Positions 1 to 13,783 of a stretch of 64,000 bases of DNA are shown here, one piece after another; positions within the stretch are counted from its first letter, which is position 1; each line of letters opens with the position of its first letter. The position numbers were made by a program, and so were the translations under genes. The stretch is from Octopus sinensis (taxonomy: Eukaryota), in NCBI RefSeq assembly GCF_006345805.1, contig NC_043005.1:47926001-47990000 (forward strand), in the 5' to 3' direction. Below the pieces are notes generated by a model that did not search any database, was not told the DNA's origin, and saw nothing but the letters and a program-made list of their open reading frames with translations.

Positions 1-159
1 CTAGTATTTGGTAATTTATTAGCATATAAATCGTATATATAATATATCATATATATCATATACATATCTATATTATATTGTATATGATATAATATAGATA
101 TGTATATGATATGATATCTTAAATATATCAAATATATATATATAGATATATATTCTTTT

Positions 160-372
160 ATACTTTTATTTGTTTCAGTCATGTGACTGTGACCATGCTT
201 GAGCACTGTCTTTAGTTGAACAAATTGACCCAAGGACTTATTCTTTGTAAGCTTAGTACTTATTCTATCAGTCACTTTTGCCAAACAGCTAGTTATGGGG
301 ATCTAAACACACCAGCATTGGTTGTCAAGCGATGTTGGGGGTACAAACACAGACACACGAACACACACACAC
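160..372 (-). mobile_element. tRNA-derived SINE family A, partial 3' half
   Basis: Near-identical to the 3' half of the intact copy at 49406-49781 (gtttcagtcatgtgactgtg...ggttgtcaagcgatgttggggg-acaaacacagacacac). Confidence 0.8.
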
Positions 373-1650
373 ATTACTGAGACTCCCTTCGGTCATGACT
401 GACCATGAGATTGCACATAGAAAGTTACCCTCCCAGGCACAAGTACAGGCAAGGTATTGTGCAACTTTTCAAAATTTGATGTAGATACTCTGCTCAACTT
501 TGTCATGGTCAATGTGATGATCACATGCTACACACTTTCCTTCCAAGCACTGCTGCAAACAACCGAAGTGAGCTCAAATGTTAAAACTTAGTACACATGC
601 ACAGCAGAGTTCAAGGTCAATCTGTGCATAACAGCTTTACTCTGCATGCTTTAGGTTCATTACTATAGCAACAGTCCTGATACTTATTGCTCGGACCACA
701 CACACATATATAAATATATATATATATATATCATCATCATCATCATCATCATCATTTAGCGTCCGTTTTATATATATATATATAACACAAAGGAATTTCA
801 CACTTTAACCTTTAGAAAAGTCTTGTATATTTTTACTGTTCCACTTATTGGTTGTATTAGTAATGTGTGATTAGTTGGTTGATTTCTTTCTCTGAAAACC
901 CAAGCTTATCCAGTATTTCACTAAAGCATTTACTCACAAAATCAAGCACATCAATTATTTTTGGTATAAATATGTATATATGTTTGTATGTATGTTTGTA
1001 CGTATATATGCATGTATGTATGCACACATGTACCTATTTGCGTGTGTGTGTGTTGTGTGTGTGTGTGTGCATGAGTGCCTGGTGCAAAAGTAAGCAATAA
1101 ATTTTATAACTATTATCACGTTAATACTAATAAATACCATAAGAAAATAGTTCATGTTAGTGCTTGAATATACAGAAAATGTCACACTCAAAGATATTCT
1201 TAGCTGTCTATTTATCTTCATGGCTTCCAGTCAGAGAAGAACACATTACATAATACAGTCCTTGATACATTATGCCTGAAAGATACATGATAGAAACATA
1301 ACTGTGATATAAGCTTAATAGTAAGTCTACTCAGTCAAGTCTAACCTTGACTAAACAATAACATGTACAGTGTAAATATCTCAATATATCCAATGTACTT
1401 ATCTCAGCTTCTTATTTTTATCCCTTTTGTGTACCAGCATCACTTTCTGATTCAACCCCTAACATTATTCACAGTCAATTCTCTCCAGTTTTAGTTCCAG
1501 CTGTCAAGAATTTTCATGCTTGCCTTCAAGATGTTTTCCGTAACTGAACATCAACGACCTTGACCTCACTCCTATTGAAGTGCCTACTAAAACTCCTTTT
1601 ATGTATTTATATATATGCATGTCTATATGTATATACATACATATATATAT

Positions 1651-1947
1651 ATCACTGTGATCACCGTGATCGACCAGGCTATCAGATGTTGTTACACATC
1701 GCTGGTCACAATGTGCTTCGCATTGTTTTAGCCTTCAAGTGATGCCACCCCGCTGGCTAAGTGAGCAGGCCAACAGAAGAAAGAGTGAGAGAAAGTGGCG
1801 AAAGAGTACAGCAGGGATCGCCACCAACCCCTGCCAGAGCTTTAGGTGTTTTCGCTCAATAAACACTCACAACGCCCAGTCTGGGAATCGAAACCGCGAT
1901 CCTATGACCGCGAGTCCGCTGCCCTAACCACTAGACCATTGCGCCTC

Positions 1948-1950
<3 letters not shown>
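1651..1950 (-). mobile_element. tRNA-headed SINE (body Y, tail T2)
   Basis: Minus strand begins GTGGAGGCGCAATGGTCTAGTGGTTAGGG (A box) ... GGTTTCGATTCCC (B box). Body aacacctaaagctc is shared with 41892 and 51583; tail tgtgaccagcgatgt is shared with 41548. Confidence 0.85.
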
Positions 1951-2025
<75 letters not shown>

Positions 2026-2174
2026 TATACATTGATATTATGTATGTATACATACATATATATATATATATACACATATATATATACATATATATATATA
2101 TGTATATATATATATGTATATATATATGTATATGTATATATATATGTATATATATATGTGTGTATAAATATATA

Positions 2175-2220
<46 letters not shown>
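1951..2220. repeat. Compound (TA)n/(TATG)n microsatellite, representative of dozens in the window (e.g. 11620-11700, 18825-18995, 22250-22720, 30420-30815, 32380-32560, 33185-33320 (TG)n, 38100-38160 (AAT)n)
   Basis: Directly visible. These tracts are the source of the YI/CV/poly-I/L/Y ORFs. Confidence 0.99.
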
Positions 2221-2222
<2 letters not shown>

Positions 2223-2954
2223 CACCCATCAGATCTCTCACTAAGTACTTTTTCATAATCAATTATCCCCAACGATAGCTCTCACTCACAAGGATTACCA
2301 TCAACTCCTTCCTACATTTTTCTCTTGCTGGACATCAAAACTACATCGATTTCCCTCATCAGAGAGGACTGAGCTTAGCAAAAGCCATGGGCTATATTCC
2401 TCTGCCTGTGATTACTTGGAAACAAAACAAAAAAATCCCTCCTTTGTCTTATTTAAGTCTCTTTCCCTTCATCTTTAACAGGAAGAGTACTAAAAGGTCC
2501 TGCAGTTCAAAATGATGTTAGAATTTAGGTCATCCTCCGTCAAAGGTTAAGAATCACTACACTAATATTAATTAAACCCTTGATTATTCCCAGCATTCTT
2601 CTTTATCCTTGCTGTCATTAGTATTCCAATATACATTTCTACGTGTATTTATTCTCATTAATTTTAATTTTTATAGATACGTTAACCATACATTACACAC
2701 AGACATACATATATACATACACATGCTCTCACATATATATATATGTATATATACATATACATAAATGCATACACACACACACACATATATATATATAGAC
2801 ATACCCACACATATATATATATATATAGACATACACACACATATCTATATATCTGTTTATATATATATGTATATATATATATATATATAATATATATATA
2901 CATTGATATTATGTATGTATACATACATATATAAACACACACTCACACACACAG

Positions 2955-2989
<35 letters not shown>

Positions 2990-3687
2990 CAAAGAGAGGG
3001 AGAAAGAGAGAAGGAGCAATGAAGATAGATAGATGAAGAGAGAGAGAGAGAGAGATACATTCATACATGCATACATGTTATATACGTATACATACACAAG
3101 CATGCACATGCACACAAACACACACACACACACACACACAAATGTATGTGTATGCATACTGTGTGTTATGCATGAGGAATTTATTCTGTGTATGTGTATG
3201 CGTATGTGTATGCAGTTAGTAAAAGAAAGAAAGACCATAATAGTGATTAGTTATAGTGAACAGAACCCCACTCTCTAGCCTTTAATCAACCTCTTCTCTT
3301 TATCTCTCTGACCACACCCACTTCTTCTCCACCACCTTTGATTAATATCCATTCACATCCATCGTTCTTGCAGGGCCAAGACTCATCATCTAATGCATCT
3401 CTCTCTTCAAATCTTTTTCAGCATGCTTCTATCTCCATTCAGGTTGTTATGTTGCATCACTTCTTTCTCTGTCTTTTTCTTTCTTGTTTTGTTCTCTTTC
3501 TTCTTTCTCTTCTGTCTTTCTCTCTATTTTTCTCACTTTCCTTTTTAACTCTCCTTCTCTTTCTCTCTCTCTCATTTATTACTAATTTTTACCAATGCCT
3601 TTACAAATGGCTCAAGCACTGGAATTTTCTTTAACAGCTAACAAGCAAGACAAGTAAACGTTTCCAAATTTAACCAAGGAATTTAAT

Positions 3688-3975
3688 GGCACAACCGATA
3701 CATACTTTAATGGCAGAACTGATACATACTTTAATGGCACAACTGATACGTACTTTAACGGCACAACTGATACATACTTTAATGGCACAACTGATACATA
3801 CTTTAATGGCACAACTGATACATACTTTAACGGCACAACTGATACATACTTTAATGGCACAACTGATACGTACTTTAACGGCACAACTGATACATACTTT
3901 AATGGCACAACTGATACGTACTTTAACGGCACAACTGATACATACTTTAATGGCACAACTGATACGTACTTGAAA
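3688..3975. repeat. 24-bp minisatellite, 12 tandem units (GGCACAACTGATAC[A/G]TACTTTAA[T/C])
   Basis: Units counted directly at a 24-bp period from 3688. This explains the repetitive ORFs 3612-3956, 3670-4068 and 3686-3973. Confidence 0.97.
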
Positions 3976-4060
3976 TGGATTCACTTGAGGAAATGTCGAA
4001 GGTTGGCCATTCATAAAAAGTATAAAAATCACAATGTATTTTCTGACATAATAATAAAAT

Positions 4061-4307
4061 AAATGCACCCTTTTAAAGCCTAGCCAGGCTCATGGGCCCG
4101 GTTTCCTGGTTTCAATGACGTATGTGTTCCCCAGCTGGATGGGACGCCAGTCCATCACAGCGTTACTCATTTTTATCAGCTGAGTGGACTGGAGCAATGT
4201 GAAATGAAGTGTTTTGCTCAAGAACACGTGTTGCCCGGTCCAGGAAGTGAAACCACAATCTTACGATCATGATGCTGACACCCTAACTACTAAGCCACGC
4301 GCCTCCC
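4061..4307 (-). mobile_element. tRNA-headed SINE (body X, tail T1)
   Basis: tRNA-like head on the minus strand, followed by ttgagcaaaacac...ctccagtccactcagctg and gatggactggcgtccc...gaaaccgggccc. Confidence 0.85.
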
Positions 4308-4751
4308 CATTTTCTGACATACAATCGACAAAATATATTGTATAAACATACACTATCTTTCCCACAGGAAATTTTTGGTCTTCCAAAGTCATTTTGGTGT
4401 ATAAGTGGACCTAACTGTTTTGGCTGTAAATTTTGGTCTGAAAAATTCAACTTTTATGCTGGATAATATGGTGAATTACTAAAGTCAACTCCATCACCTT
4501 CCTACTCCCACATTCATACACAAAAGAAACAACGAAATTTTTATATTAACTTTTATCATTTACTGGTTTCAGATATTGACTGGCCATTCTGGGATTGACT
4601 GGCCTTCAAGGATTTTTGTTAAACAAAATACCCCCCCACCAATTTTTATTTTAACATTACTGTTACTTATTCTGTTGGTATATTTTGCTGAGCAGTTAAG
4701 TTACAATGACTAACAGAAAGATACAGGTACATAAATATATATATACACATA

Positions 4752-5040
4752 TATGTATGTACATTTGATGGACTCTCTTGTCGTTGGATGACATATGAGG
4801 GTTCAACAATTTCTTACAGAACCACCGCACAGATGATTTGTTTATAGTGATCCAATGTTTGTGTAGACATAATCTCACTCCCTCCATTAGATCGACACTA
4901 CCTATACAGGTACAATGGGTGCCACATGTCAGATGACAGACTGGTTGCAGAGCAATGTGAAATGAAGTGCTTTGCTCAAGAACACAACACACAATTCCCA
5001 GTCTGGGAATCGAACCCACGATCTCGCAACCATGAATGCA
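4752..5040 (-). mobile_element. tRNA-headed SINE (body X, distinct tail T5), head truncated
   Basis: B box GGGTTCGATTCCCAGACTGGG, then ttgagcaaagcacttcatttcacattgctc, then a tail not shared with the other copies. Confidence 0.7.
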
Positions 5041-5676
5041 ACACACACACACACACACACACACATACACACGTGTGTGTGTATGACATGCTTCTTTCAG
5101 TTTTTATCAACCAAATATACTCACTAGAATTTAGTTGTCCAGAGGTTATAGCAGAAAACATTTGAACCAAGGTGCCATGCAATGGGACTGAATCCTGAAC
5201 TATACAGGTGGGAAGCAAACTTCTAACCACACAGCCACACCTGTACTTATTCTTAATATTTCAAACACTGGATTGAAAGTTGATTTCTCACATTATGCAC
5301 AGATTGGTTTGCATAAATATCATTTTAAGACAAATTTGGCTGGGGGATGGCACCATTTATTAAATCAACATTTGTATGCACAGGTGATTGATTCTGTAAC
5401 TCAAGGAAGATGAAATGCAAAGTGAATCCCTGTAGTATTTTAACTGAATGCCTAATGGAATGTAGCTAAATACCATAAGATGTTTTGCCCGCTTCTACCA
5501 ATTTACACTTCTTTTACCTTTATTTTACTCTAGGAACAAATTTTCTGTATCATTAACCCTTTATGGTTGAGTATAAGTAGCAAGAAATAGTATAAATAGC
5601 ACAGAAAAAATTACAAGATAATAATCAATCAAATATAACACTAACATATAACACAAATGTGGCTTATATACTATAC

Positions 5677-5724
5677 CTGTCTCTTTCGCAATTTAGCAGT
5701 GTATCGATAAGCTACACCCATCTT
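5677..5724 (-). CDS. Candidate isolated 48-nt coding exon (KMGVAYRYTAKLRKRQ), gene unknown
   Basis: Minus-strand acceptor gctttttccacag, donor CAG|gtatag, phase 0-0, exactly one open frame. No corroborating neighbouring exon could be established. Confidence 0.3.
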
Positions 5725-5764
5725 CTGTGGAAAAAGCATTTTGTATCAATATGCCACATCCAAA

Positions 5765-6140
5765 GGCAGCAAGCTGGCAGAAACGTTAGCATGCCAGGTA
5801 AAATGCTTAGTGGTATTTCGTCTGTCTTTACGTTCTGAGTTTAAATTCCGCCAAGGTCGACTTTGCTTTCATCCTTCCAGGGTCAATAAATTAAGTACTA
5901 GTTGCATACTACAATAATCTTAAGATATATTGGTTATTTAAATTCCACTATTGAGCTGGCAGAAGCGTTAGCACACCAAGTGAAATGCTAAGCAGTATTT
6001 TATCTGTTGTTATGTTCTGAGTTCAAATTTCACTGTGGTTGATAAAATAAGCCAGTTAAGCACTGGGGGTCAATGCAATCGACTTAATCCCTTCGTTTGT
6101 CCCCTCTGTGTTTAGCCCCCTGTGGGCAATAAAGAAATAA
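5765..6140 (+). mobile_element. Two adjacent SINE family B copies
   Basis: Both carry ctggcagaa-cgttagca...gagttcaaatt and match the intact copy at 20512-20741; the first also retains ctttcatcc...gggtc(g/a)ataaattaagtac. Confidence 0.8.
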
Positions 6141-7371
6141 AAATTATTTCTCTTTTGATATTTTTTTCTTTCCTCTTATTATACTTTATCTAATAAGAAT
6201 GTCTCTCCACCCTCTCCTTGGGCCTCTTCACTATAAACACCTCTTTGGATCTTGGGTGTATGGAGCTGGCAAGTCAGAAGACTGTGACAAGCTCTACTAT
6301 CTGTTTTGGCATAGCCTAAACAGTTGGATACCCTTCCTAATGCCAAGCACTTCACAGAATATACTGGATGCTTTTTACATGGCACCAACAGCAATGTGGT
6401 CATTCAATAATTTATTGGGGGACAGAAAAGGTGTCTTGCATTAGAGGAGAAACATGGCTATTTCAGATGGAGAGAGAGAGAGAAGAGAAAGAAGATGGCA
6501 AATATGTGATAGGGAGAAAGAAGGGTCCATACCCTGGGAGGAACATGGAGGAGTCAAGAAGATAGGTTGTAGGGGAAGAGTATGTCATGGACATAAAGGA
6601 CACACCTGTATGTCCTCGATTTTACTTATCTAGGTAGGTCTTCTTTATAAATAAAATAAGGTTATTTCTAAATAGTTGACAGGATCTTTATAAACAAGAG
6701 CAATAAGAATAAATATAGATGGAAAAATAAATGGTAGATAGAAAACAGTTACCTATGTACATATATACACTTTTGTACATAGAAACCCTTCACACACATA
6801 TAAATACATAAATCTACTTATGCCTATATGGGCACATATACATATAACTTTATGCATAAGTTTAACTGTCAACCATTTACAAAACAACCTTATTTTATTT
6901 ATAACTCTTTACAAGGTGAAACAAGACCATGCACTCTCTTCTCTCTCCTTGCTTCAGTCTTTCTCTCTCCACTTACTTCCTTATAGTTCTCCATCCACTT
7001 TCCTCCCCATCCAGACCCTTTAACATGTTCCACATTATAAACTTGAGGCTAACTTAAACTCTTCACTCTCTAACCAAATTTTGGTCAGCAGAGTCATGTG
7101 GCACTATATACTTGTCCGTGAGAAATTCTAATTGTTAATTGTTACCAGTGTTCACTAAATGTAAACATTTTTTTTTCACAATGTAACTCTCCTATTCATC
7201 AATAAAAAAAAATGGCTGAACCAGCTGTAGTCAACCACAATCCATCTGTTGTTATTGTTTATACATATATTGATAGAAATAGTAAGACAACAAAAGAATG
7301 AAAGAGACCTCAATGTTATGTAAATAGAGGAATTTATCTGTAAATGTAATATGTGACAGTTATTCAGTAGC

Positions 7372-7480
7372 CATGATGTCGGGGTGGAAATCCACACCAC
7401 CATCTCTTCAGTTATCTGGTCATCGGAAAAAATGTTATGAAAATGACCATTAAAACACACACACACACATACACATATAC

Positions 7481-7516
<36 letters not shown>

Positions 7517-7795
7517 TACATATGCATGTATATATATATATATATATATACACACACAGTTACACATGCATATATATATATATATATGTATATATATAAA
7601 TATATATATATATATATAACCCAAACAGAAAGAAGAAATATAAGAATAAAATTACGAGGAAGAAATTCAAGAAAATGTTGCATTTATTATCATTCCCACT
7701 CAGCCAACCCCGTTAAAACGGTCATTTTCATAGCATTTTTTCTGATGGCCAGATAACTGAAGAGATGGTGGCATGGATTTCCACCCCGACATCCA
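7372..7795. repeat. ~82-bp inverted repeat pair (7372-7455 / 7712-7795), probably a PLE terminal-repeat fold-back
   Basis: gatgtcggggtggaaatcc...gaaaatgacc is the reverse complement of ggtcattttc...ggatttccaccccgacatc with few mismatches. The PLE assignment is inferred. Confidence 0.8.
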
Positions 7796-8671
7796 AAAAA
7801 AAACAATAAACAATCACATCATAAAAATTTCGAAACTATGGGATAATGCACGATTAATTCAAAACTGTGTGAATAAATATTCATTACATTTCAAAGAGTA
7901 ATCTGAATGCTAAATGGTTAAATTGCAAATATGAAAGTCTAATGTCATAATTTTCACTTTTAACACTGTCAGAAAACTTTGATTTCACTTGCCAAACAGT
8001 GCAGCAAATTCAAAAATCAAATCAGAATTTGTCAGGTGAAACTATATAACAATAGATGCAGCCAGAGTTCATAATTTAAAATGCCATGTGGAGTAGATTT
8101 TGCTGACAAATATTGATGGTGAGTGGATTTCTGAAGTGAGTGAGTTATATTCTTAAGCAACATATTTTTAATTGATTTTGTGACATTTCAATACCATCTT
8201 TAATTTTACACACACACACACACATATGATACGCACACCACACACGCACACCATTATAATCGATACAGAGTGTGCCTCCCATGCACATTGCAATTTTGGC
8301 ATGATTTTTTAATATTTTTGGTCGTGTGTTTACTTGGTTTTGTTTGTTTGTTTGTTTTTTGGTGTGGTGGGGTGCCAACCAGTTTTGCTGAATGGACCAG
8401 GTGAACTTCATCATAACAATGCCCCAACAAGGCTTATAGAGTTTTGAGCAAGACTTGCTCAACCCTTTCATCCATTCATTTCTCAGGCCAATTTAAAAAC
8501 TCACCTGCATGCATTTTATTGTGATACCAGCTTCAGATATTTATATATATTCTCTCTCTCTCTCTCTTTCTCTTTCTCTACTTATCTCTATCTGTCTATC
8601 TCCCCCTTCCTTTCTCTCACTCTCAATATATATAAGTGTGTGTGTGTATGTCTATATATATATATATATAT

Positions 8672-10541
8672 GGCAAGTGAAAATCAAAATCGAAATCGAT
8701 CAACAGGCAAGGGAAAATCAAAATCAAAATCGATCACCATCAATGGAAATTGTAGCTGTGATACCAGCGCCAGTGGCACGTAAGAGAACCATCCAAATGT
8801 GGCCATTGCCAGTGCTGCCCCAACTGGCCTCCGTGCCAGTGGCACATAAAAGGCACCATCCGATTGTGGCCGTTGCCAGCCTCATCTGGCCCCTGTACCG
8901 GTGGCACATAAAAAGCACCATCCGATCGTCGCCGTTTGCCAGCCTTGTCTTGCACGTAAAAAGCACCCACTACACTCACGGAGTGGTTGGTGTTAGGAAG
9001 GGTATCCAGCCGTAGAAACACTGCCAGATTAGACTGGGCCTGGTGCAGCCTTCTGGCTTCCCAGACCCCAGCTGAACCGTCCAACCCATGCTAGCATGGA
9101 AAGCGGACGTTAAACGATGATGATGAGGATGATGATATAAAGGGATTGCTTTTTATGTTCCCTGCCTTGTTTTTCTATTTGTTTCTTTCATTGTTCAAAA
9201 TAAGTTTGTTTGCCATATTTTTGTTTTCTATGTTCTCGCTTTTCATGTTGTTTATCTTTTTTTTTTTTTTCACATCCTGTACCTCTGAATTTAATAATTA
9301 ATATTTACTGAATATAAATTGAAACAGCCATAAGGGATGATGATTAATTTGTTGTTAATAATGAACAATTATTAACCTATCAATCTCCATTTTCTTTTTC
9401 TTCTTTTATATGGCTATAAACCATGTTTATATATATATATATATATACCTATTATTTTAAGGAAATTGATTCCTCAAAAATACTAGGTATTGCACCAGTA
9501 TTTCCTGGGATGAAGCCATCCTTTCATGAGGTTAATACACACACACACACATACACACACTTATATATACATACATAATCATATATTTAAATGCTAATAA
9601 ATACACATGCATATTTATCTATATATATATATATATATGGCAAGTGAAAATCAAAATCGAAATCGATCAACAGGCAAGGGAAAATCAAAATCAAAATCGA
9701 TCCCCATCAATGGAAATTGTAGCTGTGACACCAGAGCCGGTGGCACGTAAGAGAACTATCCAAATGTGGCCATTGCCAGTGCTGCCCCAACTGGCCTCCG
9801 TGCCAGTGGCACATAAAAAGCACCATCCGATCGTGGCCGTTTGCCAGCCTCGTCTGGCACGTAAAAAGCACCCACTACACTCACGGAGTGGTTGGTGTTA
9901 GGAAGAGTATCCAGCTGTAGAAACACTGCTAGATTAGACTGGGCCTGGTGCAGCCTTCTGGCTTCCCAGACCCCAGCTGAACCGTCCAACCCATGCTAGC
10001 ATGGAAAGCGGACGTTAAACGATGATGATGTGGATGATGATATAAAGGGATTACTTTTTATGTTCCCTGCCTTGTTTTTCTATTTGTTTCTTTCATTGTT
10101 CAAAATAAGTTTGTTTGCCATATTTTTGTTTTCTATGTTCTCGCTTTTCATGTTGTTTATCTTTTTTTTTTTTTTTTCACATCCTGTACCTCTGAATTTA
10201 ATAATTAATATTTACTGAATATAAATTGAAACAGCCATAAGGGATGATGATTAATTTGTTGTTAATAATGAACAATTATTAACCTATCAATCTCCATTTT
10301 CTTTTTCTTCTTTTATATGGCTATAAACCATGTTTATATATATATATATAATATACCTATTATTTTAAGGAAATTGATTCCTCAAAAATACTAGGTATTG
10401 CACCAGTATTTCCTGGGATGAAGCCATCCTTTCATGAGGTTAATACACACACACACACACATACACACACTTATATATACATACATAATCATATATTTAT
10501 ATACTAATAAATACACATGCATATTTATCTATATATATATA
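8672..10541. repeat. Tandem duplication of a ~900-970 bp unit (copies start at 8672 and 9639)
   Basis: Both copies run ggcaagtgaaaatcaaaatcg...cacatgcatatttatctatata with scattered SNPs and one ~60 bp indel. Junctions lie in (TA)n. Confidence 0.95.
8735..9135 (+). mobile_element. RTE-like 3'-end repeat with (GAT)n tail (further copies at 9702-10041 +, 34086-34400 -, 52157-52330 -, 58561-58733 +)
   Basis: Shared ...ccaacccatgc(t/c)agcatggaaa...gttaaacgatgatgatg end. A short tandem-repeat tail is typical of RTE-clade LINEs and their SINEs; the clade assignment is inferred. Confidence 0.7.
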
Positions 10542-11316
10542 TGTCAAAATACACACATACACATACACATATATGTGTGTGTGCATATCTATTCATATAT
10601 ATATACATTTATATGCATATGTATTCATATATACATATATATCTATGAGAGTGTATGTGTGTGAGTGTGGATTTATAAACACATACATCATCATCATCAA
10701 CATCCTTTGTACTGTACTTTTCCTTAATAAAAGAATGCCAAATACTGTCAAAACCTATGTATATACCAATTTCTGAAGCAACAAGAATTTTCAAGTTCTT
10801 GTTCTGTCTTGTTGTCTCACATCTCTCTCTTTATCTATCTATCTCTCTCTCTCTTTTCTCTCTCTCCTCTCCTCCTCTTTCTCCATCTCTTTCTCTTCCT
10901 CCTTCTCTTTGTTCATTCTGTCTCTATGATTTCATCCAGTGTTGAAAAAGAGAGAAAGAGACAAAAATCTAAGATTTTATTTGTGAAGCACTAATATCTG
11001 CAAGGCAGCTTAAGAGCTGCCACTTCAGAATCACTTGACAATACTGAGCAAATCCCTACAAAACATCACTTCAACAGCATCAAGAACTCAATGACAATAC
11101 TTGTGAATGTCGAAGAGAAGATCAGGTCAAACATCACAATCACAAGGTTTTAAACATTTCAATTTGATTCATCCTTTTTGTGAGGCGGAACGGGGTTGGA
11201 TGAGTGGGAATGATAATAAATGCAACATTTTCTTGAATTTCTTCCCCGTAATTTTATTCTTATATTTCTTCTTTCTGTTTGGGTTTTATATATATATATA
11301 TGCATATGTAACTGTG

Positions 11317-11353
<37 letters not shown>

Positions 11354-11639
11354 GTATATTTATATTTATTATGCATATGTGTGTGTGTATGTGCGTGTGG
11401 ATAGGGGTGTATGTATGTGCATGTATATAAACATATTAATGCACACACACACACATATCATCATCATCATTGTTTAACATCTGTTTTCCATGTTAGCATA
11501 TATACATACATATATAGATACATATATATAGATATATATATGATGATGATGATGATACATATATATACACATATATCAGTGTATGCAAATATAGATATAT
11601 CTATATCTACTTATCTATCTTTCTATACATATCTATATC

Positions 11640-11695
<56 letters not shown>

Positions 11696-11783
11696 CATAT
11701 ATTCATTTATATGTAGAAATATATCTGTGTGTGCACATATACAAATATCTGTACCTTCTTGTCTATCTATCTAACTATCCTGA

Positions 11784-11821
<38 letters not shown>

Positions 11822-12602
11822 TGTATGTATGTATGTTTATGCAGATCTCTTTGTACAGTATTCATAAGTGTATATACATATGATATATAATATATATACA
11901 TATATGTATATACGCAAAAGTGTATATACATAAAATATATATATATATGTATGTATTTTTACATACACCCATATATACATGTACATATACATATAGTTTT
12001 TATTTTTATTCTTATTTTCATTGTTATTCATATTCACAAAGGCCAAGATAGATGTAAGCTTGTCCAGCAAACTAGCATGATGGATTTGTAAATATAAACT
12101 GTCCAAAATCAATCAGCTAGAATACATAACTCAGATTTAAGTTTTATCCTTATATTTAAACTTACAACTATCAAACTGAATATATCTTGTTCTTTAGCAA
12201 TACTTCTAAGTCTATATATATATATATATATGCATCACTCTGTACGCTTATGTAAGTAAATATGTATAAACAATTGTGAGCATATATGTGTGTGTATGAG
12301 TGATTATTTTTATGTGTTGTTTGTACAATAATGTGAGCTCATCTTCATCTTGCATTGTGACTTGTCAGTCTGTCTGTGTAAACTAGATATTTAGAAAATT
12401 GAAGTCTGCACTGAAAATTCTTACAAGACACAGAGCAAGATAGCAAAACCGTTAAAGCAGGATGAGAAGAATATAAAATACCTTTGTCATATAAACAGGT
12501 TACTGAGTGAGAACTGTCTTTTAGATAATTTCAAATATATTTCTGACATAAAACAGACACACAAACTCAAGCATATCCATTCATACATATTCATATACAA
12601 AC

Positions 12603-12644
<42 letters not shown>

Positions 12645-12899
12645 GGTTTTTGGTTTGTTTTAGGCACCAGAGTGTAGTGCATACATTGCATCGCATTTAT
12701 ATAAGTATTTATCTATTAACTTGTTTAGACATAATTAGGTGTTTCTCTCTCTGTCACATTTTCTTTCTGTGTATCTATATCTCTGTCTCTATCTTTATCT
12801 CCCTCTCTCTCTCTTTCTCTCTTTCACTCTTCTCTCTCCTTCTCATCTCTCCCTCTTACTTCTCCCTTTTACATATGTAAACATACTCATAATATCACT

Positions 12900-12943
<44 letters not shown>

Positions 12944-12976
12944 CATCATCATTTAATGTCTGCTTTGAATGCCTGA

Positions 12977-13008
<32 letters not shown>

Positions 13009-13783
13009 TGTGTGTGTGCATGTGCGTATGTGTAAAAGTTAAAATCCTAATACATGCATGCATTATCCAATCCTTCTCTCTCTTTACCTATTATTCTTTC
13101 AACCCTCTTCATGCACGCACACACACACACACACACACGCACACACACACACACACATACACACACACATATACACACACACATAATTATTGTCTTTCAA
13201 ATATATTCTATCTATGAATGGCAATGGAGCAGGAATTACATAATCAACATTATTAGTATACAACTGTTTCTGCTGTAAGAAGTAGTGCAATCAGACATGA
13301 GTGCTCATGCAATATGTTATAGCTTCTTCAGAGCTATTACAATGAAGTGCATGTTTATTTCAGAAAGTGTTTAACCCTTTAACATTCAGATTACTCTATT
13401 ATAACAAGTGATTCACAGTAACATAATTAATAGAGTTTTTGGTATCCCATGTAAGGAATTCCACCAAAAGGTACAAACCAGGACTAATTATAGGTATGTC
13501 CTCAGCTTTGAGGTGGTGTATGTGGGTGGTAAGGGAGATAGATTGTTTCTCAGCACTGTCAGAGAAAGTATTCAGATGTCAAGAATGTGCTTCTTAAAAT
13601 CTGAATAAAATCAGTCATAATACCAATGTAAACTCTGGTAGAGTAGGTTCATGGGGAGTGGCAGTATGATTATCATACACAACCTTATGGTATGAGCAAC
13701 TGCCACTCAAAGGACAATTGAGAAGTAACTGAAATTTCATATTTCATGTTCTTATAACCAGTTAAAGGTGCTCTGATAATTAG

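Noticed and set aside
1900-1950. tRNA genes at SINE heads
   Set aside because: A and B boxes are present, but there is no complete cloverleaf and each head continues into a SINE body.
2345-2365. CTGATGAGGGAAA on the minus strand
   Set aside because: There is no room for stem II and no stem I/III pairing; this is a chance match.
2015-2935. Identical ~40-bp island (cattgatattatgtatgtatacatac) in two TA tracts ~870 bp apart
   Set aside because: Low complexity; it may reflect slippage or local assembly, and the flanks are not duplicated.
1950-3278. Many ORFs rich in YI, CV, HT, poly-I, poly-L or poly-Y here and throughout the window (e.g. 22216-22798, 30406-30880, 52257-52686, 55616-55866)
   Set aside because: They are translations of stop-free microsatellites, not genes.
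3688-3975. CRISPR-like regular repeat
   Set aside because: The units are contiguous with no unique spacers, the context is eukaryotic, and there are no cas genes.
12166-12205. Minus-strand exon-like SIAKEQDIFSLIV, faintly resembling MCM8
   Set aside because: The acceptor is weak and none of the highly conserved downstream MCM motifs were found.
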